From NCBI RefSeq assembly GCF_009914755.1, contig NC_060928.1: a stretch of 64,000 bases of DNA; one strand, given 5' to 3'. Positions 40,659 to 56,488 of the stretch are shown in pieces. A program made the translations under genes and the position numbers. Position 1 is the first letter of the stretch. Each line of letters begins with the position of its first letter. The stretch comes from the human T2T-CHM13v2.0 reference genome, Homo sapiens. Under the pieces are notes generated by a model. That model ran no database searches and had not been told where the DNA came from. It worked only from the letters and a program-made list of their open reading frames with translations.

Positions 40659-41829
40659 GGAAGCTGAGATAGCAAATTTGTTAAGGCTTTTGGAGTTGTT
40701 GTTGGATTCTGTAGGAGTAATATCACAAAGGGTGCCCATGTAGAAGGAGCCCCTTTACTCACAGCATTTATCATGACCTGGGTAACAGGCCTATTCAGCT
40801 GGGGAATATCCCAGTCATCATAAAGTCAGCCCCACACGGCTCACATACAAAGCATATCGGCTGGGTCATCTGGGGTGCTTCGACATACAAAGCATATCAG
40901 CTGGGTCATCTGGGGTGCTCCGACACACAAAGCATATCAGCTGGGTCATCTGGGGTGCCCCAACATACAAAGCATATCAGCTGGGTCATCTAGGGTGCTC
41001 TGCTTGGCATTTATAGGTGGAGTTGGACCATCTGCTTATCACGGAAAACGGACCTTCCTGTGGCTTTTCTCTAGTCCACTCGTCTGGCTGTTCCTGCATG
41101 AATAACCTCCTGTGTGTCTGGATCACATATACCCATCTGTGGTTGTTCAATAGTGAGTGTGGGTCCTGCACCAGCCCAAACAACTCTTCCACTCTGCAGC
41201 ATTTAAAACCAGAGACGCTGCTCCTAAATTAGTCACTCTCGATCTGTTTTAGTAAAAGTTCCTCGAGAAGTTAATGATATCAATGTTCAAAATGGAGCAG
41301 TTCCTTCACAGGACACCCTCTGGTTTCAACAGTAGTTGGATTTTCCCTTCTCCCACATTCACTGCCTTCTTGGTGACCACAGTTCTGAAGGTACTTTCTG
41401 GTGTCCAGGCTTAATGTTCCCCTTTCTGGGTGGCTTTGAGGCTGGTGGCCTGAGTTGAGACAGACCCACATCTGAGTTTATTCCAGCCTCAAGGCCTTAC
41501 CCAGCACCGTCTTTAACTTTCATTTTAGCCATTATAGATAACAATAACCAAGGGACTGAATCTTTTGCTTTTTTCTTGTTAGTTTGCATTTCCTTATGCA
41601 TCCAGTGAACTAATTCCTGGGAGGTTGGATCCATCTCTAAATTCGGCTGATAACTTTTACCTTTAGTAACTGATCTCAACATAGCTGCAGCTTCATACCA
41701 TGAGTGACCACGTGGCCACCTGGGAATCGAAGATTCTTCATCCTCCCACCCTTTAATCCTTTCTCTTTTCAAAGCACATGCTTCCATCAGTCAGGGCCAT
41801 TTAAGCAAATCCCACTTCACTGACAATTA
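40659..41829 (-). mobile_element. ERVL internal region (MER21-int), leader and gag-like remnant
   Basis: PBS-like (t)tgtcagtgaagtgggat next to the LTR resembles the Leu-tRNA ERVL PBS; ORF 41497-41787 with WPRGHSWYEAA is gag-like. Confidence 0.65.
40843..41000. repeat. Minisatellite, 40-bp unit, ~4 copies, inside ERV internal region
   Basis: Unit acatacaaagcatatcagctgggtcatctggggtgctccg. Confidence 0.93.
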
Positions 41830-42337
41830 TGTAGGGAAAAACTCTCTCAAACCTTGTTTTTTTTCCCTCTACTCTCACACCACAAAAATCATCAGCACAG
41901 AAGAAGACTTCTATGACCAAATGTATGGGGGTCTTTTCCCCATGCATCAAGCGCAGACACAAGTTTGGTGTCCTCGAATTCAGTTCTGACACTGTCTACC
42001 CTGAGATAGCATCAGGTCCCATAGATTGGGGGCTCAGTACCCAAGATTCTCCCCAGACTCCCAGACACGAGTTGCAAGTCTGGGCTTCCAGAACATCTGA
42101 CTGACTGGCTTCAAGTTGAAGTTCCCATGATCCCCGCATTGAGTTTGATTAATTTGCTGGAACAGCTCATAGAACTCAGAGAAACACGTTTACCAGCTTA
42201 TCACAAAAGATGCTACAACAGATACAGGTGAAAAGACACATAAGGCACGGTATGGGGGATGTGGCATGGCACTTCCTCACCTCCCTGGACACTACCCTCC
42301 TCTACGAACCTCCACGTGTTCAGCTAACCAGAAGCTT
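41830..42337 (-). mobile_element. MER21 5' LTR, truncated
   Basis: tgtagggaaaact..gacttctatgaccaaatgt..ttctgacactgtctacc..aatttgctggaacagctcatagaactcag. Confidence 0.85.
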
Positions 42338-44934
42338 TGGTGCCATTTTCAAATGCCATAGCCTCACTTTGTGTCTGTGTCACATTTTGGTAATTCTAGC
42401 AATATTTCAAAATGTATTAGTATACTTGTTATGGTGCTCCGTGATCAGTGACCTTTGACGTTACTGCTATGTTCTGGGGCACCATGAGCTGCAACCATGT
42501 ACGATGGCATACTTAATTGATACATACTGTATGGACTCTGACTGCCTCACCAACCCGCTGTTTTCCCATCTCTCTTCCTCTCCTTGGGCCTCCCTATTTT
42601 CTGAGACTCAACAATATGAAAATTAGGCCAATTAATAATCCTACAAGCCAAATAATAATCCTACAGTGGCCTATAACTGTTCGTGTAAAAGGAAGAGTCT
42701 CATGCATTTCTCACTTAAAATCTAACGCTAGAAATGATTAAGCTTAGTGAGGAAGGCATGTCAAAACATGAGACGGGCTGAAAGCTAGGCCTCTTGGATG
42801 AAACAGCCAAACTGTGAATGCAAAGGCAAAGTTCTTGAAGGATGTTAATCCAGTGAGCACACCATGCTAAGAAAGTGAAACAGCATTACTGTTGGTATGT
42901 GGAGTTTAATGGTCTGGATAGAAGGCCCAACCAGCCAGAACATTCCTTTATGCCAAATCCTAATTCAGAGGAAGGCCCTGACTCTCTTCGGTTCCTTAAA
43001 GGCTGAGAGAAGTATGGACGCTGCAGAAGAAAAGTTTGAAGCTAGCAGAGATTGGTTCATGAGGTTTAAGGAAAGAAGTGCTCTTCATAGCATAACAGTG
43101 CAAGGTGAAGCAAGAAGTGTGATGGAGAAGCTGCAGCAAGTTACCCAGAAGATCTAGCTGAGATCACTGATGAAGGTAGCCACACTACACAATAGACTTT
43201 CAGTGTAGATAAAACAGCCTTCTCTACTGGAGGTACATGTCATCTAGGACTTTCACAGTTAGAGAGAAGAAGTCAATGCCTGGCTTCAAAATTTCAAAGG
43301 ACAGGCTGAGTCTCATGACGGGTTAATGCATCTGGCAACTTTCAGTTAAAGCCAATGTGCCCTTACCATTCTGAAAATTCCAGGGCCCTTAAAACTTACG
43401 CTAAACCTACTCTGCCTGTGCTCTACAAATGGAACAACAAAGCCTGAATGACAGCACGTCTATTTATACTATGGTTTACTCAATATTTTAAGCTCACTGT
43501 TGATACCTACTGCTCAGAGAAAAAGTTTTCTTTCAAAATATTAGTACTCCATGACACCTAAGAGCTCTGATGGGGATATACAAGGAAATCAACTTTGTTT
43601 CCATGCCTGCTAATACAAGATCATTCTGAAGCTCAGGGATGAAGGAGTAATTTCAACTTCCAAGTCTTATTCTTTAAGAAATACATTTCATAGGGTTATC
43701 GCTGTCATATAATTCCTCTGATGGATTTGGGCAAAGTAAACTAAAAACCTTATGGAAGGTATTCACCATTCTAGATGCCATTGAGAACATTCATGATTCA
43801 TGGGAGGGGGGCAAAATATCAACATTGACAGGAGTTTGTAAGAAGTTGATTAAAATTGTCATGGATAACTTTAAGGAATTCAAGACTTCAGTGGAAGAAA
43901 TAACTGCAGATGTGGTAGAAAGAGCAAGAGCAAAAGAACTAGAATTAGAAGTGGAGCCTGAAGATGTGACTGAATTCCTGCATCTCATGATCAAACTTGA
44001 TGAAATGAGGACTTGCTTTTTATGGATGAGCAAAAAGAAAAGTGGTGTTTTTTTTTTGGGAGGGATGAAATCTCCTCCTGGTGAAGATACTATGAACATT
44101 GTTGAAACAGCAATAAAGGACTTGGAATATTCAATAAACTTAGTTGATCAAGAAGCAGCAGGCTTTGAGAGGATGGACTCTAATTCTGAAAGAAGTTTCA
44201 CTGTGGGTAAAATGCTATTAAACAGCATCACATGCCACAGAGAAATTTTTCATCAAAGGAAGGGTCAATTGATGTAGCACACTTCACTGTCGTCTTATTT
44301 TAAGAAATTGCTGGCCAGGCGCCATTTCTGATGCCTGTAATTCCACAACTTTAGGAGGCTGAGGCTGGTGGATCACCTGAGGTCAGGAGTTTGAGACCAA
44401 CCTGGCTGACATGGTGAAACCCCGTCTCTACTAGAAATACAAAAATTAGCCAGGCATGGTGTTGGGTGCCTATAATCCCAGCTACTTGGAAGGCTGAGGC
44501 AAGAGAAATCACTTGAACCCTGGAGGCAGAGGTTTCAGTGAGCCGAGATCCTGCCACTGCACTCCAGCCTGGGAAACAGACTGAGACTCCATCTCAAAAA
44601 AAAAAAAAAAAAAGAAATTGTCACAGGCACTCCAACCTTCAGTGCCCACCACCCTGATCTGTTGGCAGCAATCAACATAGAGGCAGGACCCCCATCATCA
44701 AAAAGATTACAACTTGCTGAAGGCTCAGATGATCAATAGCATTTTTATCAATAAATTATTTTAAATTAAGGCATGTACATTGGTATTTTCAGACATATTG
44801 AAATTGTACTCTTAATAGACTACAATATAGTGTTCACATGACTTTCATGCATTGCAAAACCAAAAAATGTGTGTGGCTCACTTTATTGCAGTGTAGTCTG
44901 GAACCGAACTCACAATATTTCCAACGTGTGTCTG
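42338..44934 (+). mobile_element. Tigger1, near full length, left TIR missing, transposase disrupted
   Basis: Transposase remnants ([17 protein letters not shown]; [14 protein letters not shown]); right end cacaatatttccaacgtgtgtctg|TA. Confidence 0.93.
44313..44613 (+). mobile_element. AluSx-like, inserted in Tigger1
   Basis: Full dimer with A tail; TSD aagaaattg. Confidence 0.95.
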
Positions 44935-45054
44935 TAAATAGGACAGAGATACAGTGAGTCGTTAATGGTCAAGAAACCCAGAAACCTGATGAGAGTAAAC
45001 TAGCCTCAAGACTGAGGAAAAACTTTCCAGAAGAATTTGGGCCTGTTATTGTCC

Positions 45055-46400
<1,346 letters not shown>

Positions 46401-47129
46401 TAAATGTTCCTTTTACATTTTGAACTTATAGAAATAATGACACAGTAGCCAGCCAGTTGCTGAAACTCTACTCAGTTCAGAGTAAAACAAAATTCCTATT
46501 TTATCGAATCACTGAATGCCATTTAAAATTCAGAATACTTGCAGAGATCCCAAATATCTTAATAAAGATGAATGCCTAAGTTCAGATTGGTGGCCTAGAC
46601 TCTGCCTTCCCTGATTGTCTATTTAAAAATAACAATAATGATAATAATAAGAAGAAAATATTTATGGATCACTAGATATGTTGAAATACACTCAAAGGTA
46701 GATTCATTTCTTTTCTACTATACCCTTGTAACTATCAGTCTATAAAATAGTTTTATTAGAAAGTCACAGTCACCCTCAAGCCAATAGCAGCTTATAAATA
46801 CAGGGCAAGGAGCCTGGTGTGGGGAGGCTGAGAAATAATTGAGAGAGCCAGTAGATATGAAGCTAACAAATAACACTGTCAACCAGAATTAGGCAGATAA
46901 GCCAGAGGCAGTGCAAGTGGCCGGTCAAGACAAGTAGACAGACAGAAGCCAGGAGTGAGAGACGGGAGGTCCAAAGTGCAATAAAACACTCAAGAACCAG
47001 TCAATCCATGGGAGCTTACAGCTGGAGGGGCGGCTGAAGGGAGGAGCATCCAGGTAGAGGGGAAGGAATGGTGGTATGAACAGGAGGCAGGAGGGCTCAA
47101 GCTATTTGATATGTTTGAGAGTGAGGTGC

Positions 47130-47545
47130 TTTTTTGAGGCTGAGAAAATAACTGGAAGCCAGAATCTGGAGGACTGGGTAGACCATGTTAAACAGCAAGC
47201 ACTTGATTCTGCATGTGTTGGAAGCCAGTGCAGGGCTTCTAAGCAAGGCAGTGACATGATCACATCACATTTTAGGAAGGTTACAAATTAGGCATGGCCA
47301 CAGGCAGGAAGACCTGAGGGATCTCTTACAGTCAGGGATAAGAGTCTAACCAACAAGGTGGCCATGAACATTCAAAGAAAGAAGACCGAAGAGACTTTAG
47401 AAGGCAGCCTCCACGGGACCTGACTGAAGGGGTTTGGGAGACTCACAGCTTTCTGCTGTGAAGTCAAGGATATCACAAACTATTGGAATAAAAGAAACAG
47501 TCCTAGGGCTGGGGGTAGGTAGGTGAATGCAGTTCCTTTTTGAAC
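47130..47545 (-). mobile_element. L2 fragment
   Basis: ggaagccagtgcagggcttctaagcaaggcagtgacatgatc..ttttaggaagg. Confidence 0.6.
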
Positions 47546-47781
47546 GGAGGAGAAAATTCAGGTAATTCATTTTGATTGATCAAGCAAAATAATTTGAAGC
47601 TGAACATTATAGAAGCAACAACAATTCTTATGATGTTGGGATATAGGAAACAGGCCCAAGAAAGCACAGTATTTCCTGTTTCTCTTCTGATTCAATAAAT
47701 AATAAGAATATTTTCTGTTAAAGTTTTTGATAACGTGTTGTTTTAATTAATCAAAAGGAGACAAGATACATTTGAACTTAA

Positions 47782-49458
<1,677 letters not shown>

Positions 49459-50475
49459 AAAATAATAAGACTAAAGTCAAACTGTCCATTAAAATTTACA
49501 TAATTCAATTTTGAGATTTTCTTAGTATATAATTTACATACATGACATACATGTGGATGTTTGGAGGTATATCCACATACATTCACCCATTTATTCTTTT
49601 ATTTATTAATTTGTTTATTTGCTCATTAAAAAAATACTAAGTGATTACTCCAGGGATTGGGGTCTAAACATGTATAAGCCTTGGGGCCTCTCCTTAAAAT
49701 CCACTGAGGCAAAGATGGGCAAATAAGTGGCTATAATGTATCCTGAAAAAAAAAGGAAAAGGAGAGTCAGTATTTCCTATGGTCTGAAATCATCTTTCAA
49801 ATAATGGGATGTGAGACAAATGAGATGCTACTTATCTAGCCCTTTCCTTGATAGATTAAAAACGATATCAAAATCTTACTACATTGCAAAGACAGTAATT
49901 CACTCAGTTGAGAATCCACAGTATACAAACATATAAATCAAGGGAATTTTAAAAACAATCATTGTGTTCAAAATGGGAAGAGTATTTCAAATTTTTTCTA
50001 CATATTTCAGAATAATTTCACAGTTAAAAACCCTGTACTTTATGAAATCATTATCCAGTATTTAATAAAGTATATCTATGACAATATCAACGTTGGAATT
50101 TAACAGTTTACAAAGCACTTTTGATACATCACATTTAAATGAAGGCGGCAACGAGTTCAGTACATTCACGCAGATTAGAAAACAGTTTTTGAAGATTGCA
50201 TTTGTTCATGTAAGTCAGAAGGTTTGAACTATTTCCTACCCCTGCTATAGGTTTAAACCTAAGAATTGTTATTCATTACGATTTGGTCTTTAAATAAATC
50301 ACGAAGGTAGAGGGTAGAGCACACCCCTTCAATGCACTGAGGTGCCGTTAAGGCTCCAACGCCAGAGGCGGCCGGTTGGAATTTAGTTCAATCACGCGTT
50401 TGTTATGAAAACTCTGACAAGCTTCAGCTCTAAAGTAAGCTTGGAAACACAAAGAAACTCTGAGAAAAATACCAA

Positions 50476-50508
50476 ACACACACACACAAACACACACACA
50501 CACACTCA
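50476..50508. repeat. (CA)n microsatellite, interrupted
   Basis: Direct reading of the sequence. Confidence 0.9.
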
Positions 50509-51537
50509 CTCCTCTCTTTTTAGCTGGGCATAGAAAATGTAAGTGTACCAACAAGCAACCTCCAAAGAGCAAATGACACAGAAAATTCAAACGAGCGCCT
50601 GGTAGGAGTTGTAACTTCAACAAAGTGCCTCTCATATCTGCCTCATAAACCCGTACTCATTTTTCACAACTAACTCACATAGCACCTCCTCAGTGACACC
50701 TTTCCTGTTCTGCCCACCAGATATACCTGCGGACCAAGCGTAGTCTCTCACCCAGAACACAGGGCACCTTATACAGGGGGCTCTGTCTACAGGGGGCTCG
50801 ATGCTTTGACAGGAACTGTGGACCTATGGGCAGCGGTTTTTCAAATCATGTTTGTGGCTCTCATTACAAATGTCCTGCCTCAGGCACCCAGCAGGCGGTA
50901 ATAAAAGCTGGTTGAACACTAAAACCTTGGAATGCTACATCATTGTTCTAAAGGATAGTCATTTTTTAAAACATTTTGGAAGTTCTTTTGAAACTGACTT
51001 TTTAGATTATGAAAATATCTCAGTGATAGGTTTTGGTTTTCCAAGTTAGACCTTATTTTATTTTAGAAACTGTCAAAAGTTATACAAAACCAAGCATGTA
51101 TCTCTGTGCGTTTTGTTTTCTCTTCTCCCTTACTGCTAAGGAAGGGTTTCTTCTCTTTTCTAGGCCAAATGCTCCACAAATGAATGTGTTAACAAATGAA
51201 CAAATTAATAAATGACACGAATGGGAGCTCAAACTGCATAAAAGTACATTTACTCAAAAATGGGAGGTGACGATTGCTAACATGTCATAACCAGACTCTG
51301 TCATGACCTCGGCAAGCCACAACATTGACAATAAAGAGGAAAGAGGATCAAGTCCCTAAATACCCAGGTGAACTAAGACCTTCCGACGTGCCCGAAGAAG
51401 AAGATACACTTGCAGAGGAGAAATGATGATGCAGGGGCCTGCTCCGAGATGCAGGAGGAAGTTTAATTGCCTGTGAATTTCACTGGGAAGGAAGGGATGA
51501 AACGAGGTTTGAAAGGAAATAGAGATTGTTAAACTCC

Positions 51538-54503
51538 TGACTAGGCAATAACTGCCGTCCTTCTCTTCTATCTGCCCCTGTGACTAGGCGATAACTGCCG
51601 TCCTTCTCTAATATCTGCCCCTGTGACTAGGCGATAACTGCCGTCCTTCTCTAATACCTGCCCCTGTGACTAGGCGATAACTGCCGTCCTTCTCTAATAT
51701 CTGCCCCTGTGACTAGGCGATAACTGCTGTCCTTCTCTAATATCTGCCCCTGTGACTAGGCGATAACTGCCGTCCTTCTCTTCTATCTGCCCCTGTGACT
51801 AGGCGGTAACTGCCGTCCTTCTCTAATACCTGCCCCTGTGACTAGGCGATAACTGCCGTCCTTCTCTAATATCTGCCCCTGTGACTAGGCGATAACTGCC
51901 GTCCTTCTCTAATACCTGCCCCTGTGACTAGGCGATAACTGCCGTCCTTCTCTAATATCTGCCCCTGTGACTAGGCGATAACTGCCGTCCTTCTCTTCTA
52001 TCTGCCCCTGTGACTAGGCGATAACTGCCGTCCTTCTCTAATACCTGCCCCTGTGACTAGGCGATAACTGCCGTCCTTCTCTAATATCTGCCCCTGTGAC
52101 TAGGCGATAACTGCCGTCCTTCTCTTCTATCTGCCCCTGTGACTAGGCGATAACTGCCGTCCTTCTCTAATACCTGCCCCTGTGACTAGGCGATAACTGC
52201 CGTCCTTCTCTAATATCTGCCCCTGTGACTAGGCGATAACTGCCATCCTTCTCTAATATCTGCCCCTGTGACTAGGCGATAACTGCCGTCCTTCTCTAAT
52301 ACCTGCCCCTGTGACTAGGCGATAACTGCCGTCCTTCTCTAATATCTGCCCCTGTGACTAGGCGATAACTGCCGTCCTTCTCTTCCATCTGCCCCTGTGA
52401 CTAGGCGATAACTGCCGTCCTTCTCTTCCATCTGCCCCTGTGACTAGGCGATAACTGCCGTCCTTCTCTAATATCTGCCCCTGTGACTAGGCGATAACTG
52501 CCGTCCTTCTCTTCCATCTGCCCCTGTGACTAGGCGATAACTGCCGTCCTTCTCTAATATCTGCCCCTGTGACCAGGCGATAACTGCCGTCCTTCTCTTC
52601 TATCTGCCCCTGTGACTAGGCGATAACTGCCGTCCTTCTCTAATATCTGCCCCTGTGACCAGGCGATAACTGCCGTCCTTCTCTTCCATCTGCCCCTGTG
52701 ACTAGGCGATAACTGCCGTCCTTCTCTAATATCTGCCCCTGTGACTAGGCGATAACTGCCATCCTTCTCTAATATCTGCCCCTGTGACTAGGCGATAACT
52801 GCCATCCTTCTCTTCTATCTGCCCCTGTGACTAGGCGATAACTGCCGTCCTTCTCTAATATCTGCCCCTGTGACTAGGCGATAACTGCCATCCTTCTCTA
52901 ATATCTGCCCCTGTGACTAGGCGATAACTGCCATCCTTCTCTTCTATCTGCCCCTGTGACTAGGCGATAACTGCCATCCTTCTCTAATATCTGCCCCTGT
53001 GACCAGGCGATAACTGCCGTCCTTCTCTTCCATCTGCCCCTGTGACTAGGCGATAACTGCCGTCCTTCTCTAATACCTGCCCCTGTGACTAGGCGATAAC
53101 TGCCGTCCTTCTCTAATATCTGCCCCTGTGACTAGGCGATAACTGCCGTCCTTCTCTAATATCTGCCCCTGTGACTAGGCGATAACTGCCGTCCTTCTCT
53201 AATACCTGCCCCTGTGACTAGGCGATAACTGCCGTCCTTCTCTTCCATCTGCCCCTGTGACTAGGCGATAACTGCCGTCCTTCTCTAATATCTGCCCCTG
53301 TGACTAGGCGATAACTGCCGTCCTTCTCTAATATCTGCCCCTGTGACTAGGCGATAACTGCCGTCCTTCTCTAATATCTGCCCCTGTGACTAGGCGATAA
53401 CTGCCGTCCTTCTCTAATATCTGCCCCTGTGACTAGGCGATAACTGCCGTCCTTCTCTAATATCTGCCCCTGTGACTAGGCGATAACTGCCGTCCTTCTC
53501 TTCCATCTGCCCCTGTGACCAGGCGATAACTGCCGTCCTTCTCTAATATCTGCCCCTGTGACTAGGCGATAACTGCCGTCCTTCTCTAATACCTGCCCCT
53601 GTGACTAGGCGATAACTGCCGTCCTTCTCTAATATCTGCCCCTGTGACTAGGCGATAACTGCCGTCCTTCTCTAATATCTGCCCCTGTGACTAGGCGATA
53701 ACTGCCGTCCTTCTCTAATATCTGCCCCTGTGACTAGGCGATAACTGCCGTCCTTCTCTAATACCTGCCCCTGTGACTAGGCGATAACTGCCGTCCTTCT
53801 CTAATATCTGCCCCTGTGACTAGGCGGTAACTGCCGTCCTTCTCTAATATCTGCCCCTGTGACTAGGCGATAACTGCCGTCCTTCTCTAATATCTGCCCC
53901 TGTGACTAGGCGATAACTGCCGTCCTTCTCTAATATCTGCCCCTGTGACTAGGCGATAACTGCCGTCCTTCTCTTCCATCTGCCCCTGTGACTAGGCGAT
54001 AACTGCCGTCCTTCTCTAATATCTGCCCCTGTGACTAGGCGATAACTGCCGTCCTTCTCTTCTATCTGCCCCTGTGACCAGGCGATAACTGCCGTCCTTC
54101 TCTTCTATCTGCCCCTGTGACTAGGCAATAACTGCCGTCCTTCTCTTCCATCTGCCCCTGTGACTAGGCGATAACTGCCGTCCTTCTCTTCCATCTGCCC
54201 CTGTGACTAGGCGATAACTGCCGTCCTTCTCTTCCATCTGCCCCTGTGACTAGGCGATAACTGCCGTCCTTCTCTAATATCTGCCCCTGTGACTAGGCGA
54301 TAACTGCCGTCCTTCTCTTCCATCTGCCCCTGTGACTAGGCGGTAACTGCCGTCCTTCTCTTCCATCTGCCCCTGTGACTAGGCGATAACTGCCGTCCTT
54401 CTCTTCCATCTGCCCCTGTGACTAGGCGATAACTGCCGTCCTTCTCTTCTATCTGCCCCTGTGACTAGGCGATAACTGCCGTCCTTCTCTGCTGTCTGCC
54501 CCT
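51538..54503. repeat. Large minisatellite, 43-bp unit, ~69 copies
   Basis: Unit gactaggcgataactgccgtccttctctaatatctgcccctgt; variants taatat/taatac/ttctat/ttccat. Confidence 0.98.
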
Positions 54504-54804
54504 ACCTTGGGCCCCAAATGGCTCAGCACTAAAGTGCCTTGAGCAGGCTCCAGCCCAAAGGTGGCCTCCATGGTTACCACTTCCCACTCTGCTGCCCTGC
54601 CTCGCTTTCCTCCTCGGCCTTCCCGGATGGATGACAGATGTCATTCCCAGGTTCCCTAACACTCAAGCCTAGCCCCTCAGTTTCTAGCAAGCATCAAGCT
54701 TCACTGTGTGCCTAGCCTCTCAGGAGTCAGACCTGAGAAGTATAGCTTGGTGGAAATTCAGTGGCAGGGAAGAAAGAAGGAAGGAAAGAAGACCCTGAGC
54801 TGGA

Positions 54805-54970
54805 TTCATACACATCATCGCAATTCATCCACACCACAGTCCTGTAAGGTATGTGTCACTGTACTCAGAAAACTGAGGCTCAAAGAGATTGAGCAACTTA
54901 TCTAACCCTTCGCAGGTCCTGAGAGCAGAGCTTGGATTTTAAACACCTGGGAGACTCTGAAATCCATGTT
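54805..54970 (-). mobile_element. MIR
   Basis: cctgtaaggta..gaaaactgaggctcaaagagattgagcaactt..gcagagcttggattt. Confidence 0.75.
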
Positions 54971-56432
54971 AGCTCTTCTATACATGAGCCCAAAACGCAG
55001 CTGTACACCAAGACTGACTTCCTCTTACAGCTTATCACTAGCTCTGAATACAAGAGTCCTCAAAATGCTTTATAAGCAACAGTAGCATCATGGGAATAAG
55101 TTGGCAAGTTCCCAGCATTACTGCTTTAGAGGCACTTGAACTTTTTCTCCATGTATAGAGTCAAGAATAAGAAAAAGGATCCAAAGGAGAAGGAGAGAAA
55201 TAAAACGGGACTGAGCCTTATACTTCTTGACCCAGAACAGACAATGGTGGGATTTTCCTTACTTTTTTTCCAGGCAAATCCAATAAAGACGTCTGTTTCT
55301 GTTACCTAAAACCAACTTGAAAAGTTTGCTCCCTCCCACCTTAAGTGTCTTTGAATAGAGCCCACAGTTGAACATTGGTTCCTACGGCAAAGATTCATTT
55401 CAAAGTGTTTATAGTATTATTCGAAGCACGTTTGATTTCAGCCTGGGCAACCATGGCAGAATGTCAGCAATGCTCCCCGTATTAGCTGTCGGAGAGAAAA
55501 CACTGTGAAACCCAAACACCTTGGTTATTGGGCCAATGAAACATTTATGCCCTGATCAGATGGAGCAAAGCTTCGGCAGGGTTAGTGAGCCACCTTCCAA
55601 GTGTACCAATGAAGCTCTTGCCTGCTGTTTCAGATAAATGACTTTCATTTCACTGTTGGCTTGTGCTTGAGAAGGTTATTCAATTGATTCCAGTTGTTTG
55701 CAATGCCTTGAAGGCAAATAATGTTGTAGCATCCACTGTCCTCATAACACACTGTTTCTTTTCTAAGGAAGGTTGTTGTCATAATACCCTAGATATCCAC
55801 AGAAAATATTCTACTTCTTATCATATATTAATTTTGCTCTGGAATAAGTAAATGTAACTACCAGAATGCTAATGAGGATGTTACACTGTTGTTTATTTGT
55901 GTGTTCTAATCTGTAGATAAACAGCAAGATCTCTTTTATTTCATGATTCCAAGTCTCAGGCCACAGCAGGACAAGTATCAAAGCATCTATTCTCAATTCG
56001 GAGTTGAGATTTCTAATAAGAATTCTATTTTCTCCATAATCATAAAATAGCACCAGGAAAAGTCAATATCTATCTTAAAATACAGACCATTGAAAAGTAG
56101 ATCTTTCTGCCCTTAACATAAACAAACTGTAAAATCTGAAGTTAAAATTATTCCTTGTACCAGCCTCCTAATTTACCCAGAGTTAACAGAAAAGTTATAG
56201 CAGTGCAGGAAGCTCTGAGGCTTTGATGGGTGTAGATATAGACATACAAACCTATCATTTCACACTAGTCAGAATACCAGTCATAGAAATCCCCGCAGGG
56301 AAAAATCTGAAGGTATCTGGTCTTATGGACTGTATAATTAAACTTTCTTATCATTGTACCTAAACCGAAATATGCTTCCTATACAAAGAAGGTTTCTTTC
56401 AAGAGTTAAGACTGCCTCCTGCCATCCTCCTT

Positions 56433-56456
56433 AACACACACGCACACACATGCACA

Positions 56457-56488
<32 letters not shown>
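56433..56488. repeat. Compound (CA)n(GA)n microsatellite
   Basis: Direct reading of the sequence. Confidence 0.9.

Noticed and set aside
42897-44277. Domesticated Tigger transposase (TIGD1-like)
   Set aside because: The reading frame is fragmented by multiple stops and frameshifts
46779-46800. CCAAT plus TATAAA promoter
   Set aside because: Spacing is too short for a canonical promoter and there is no CpG island or other support
51538-54503. CRISPR-like array
   Set aside because: Head-to-tail repeats with no unique spacers, in a primate genomic context
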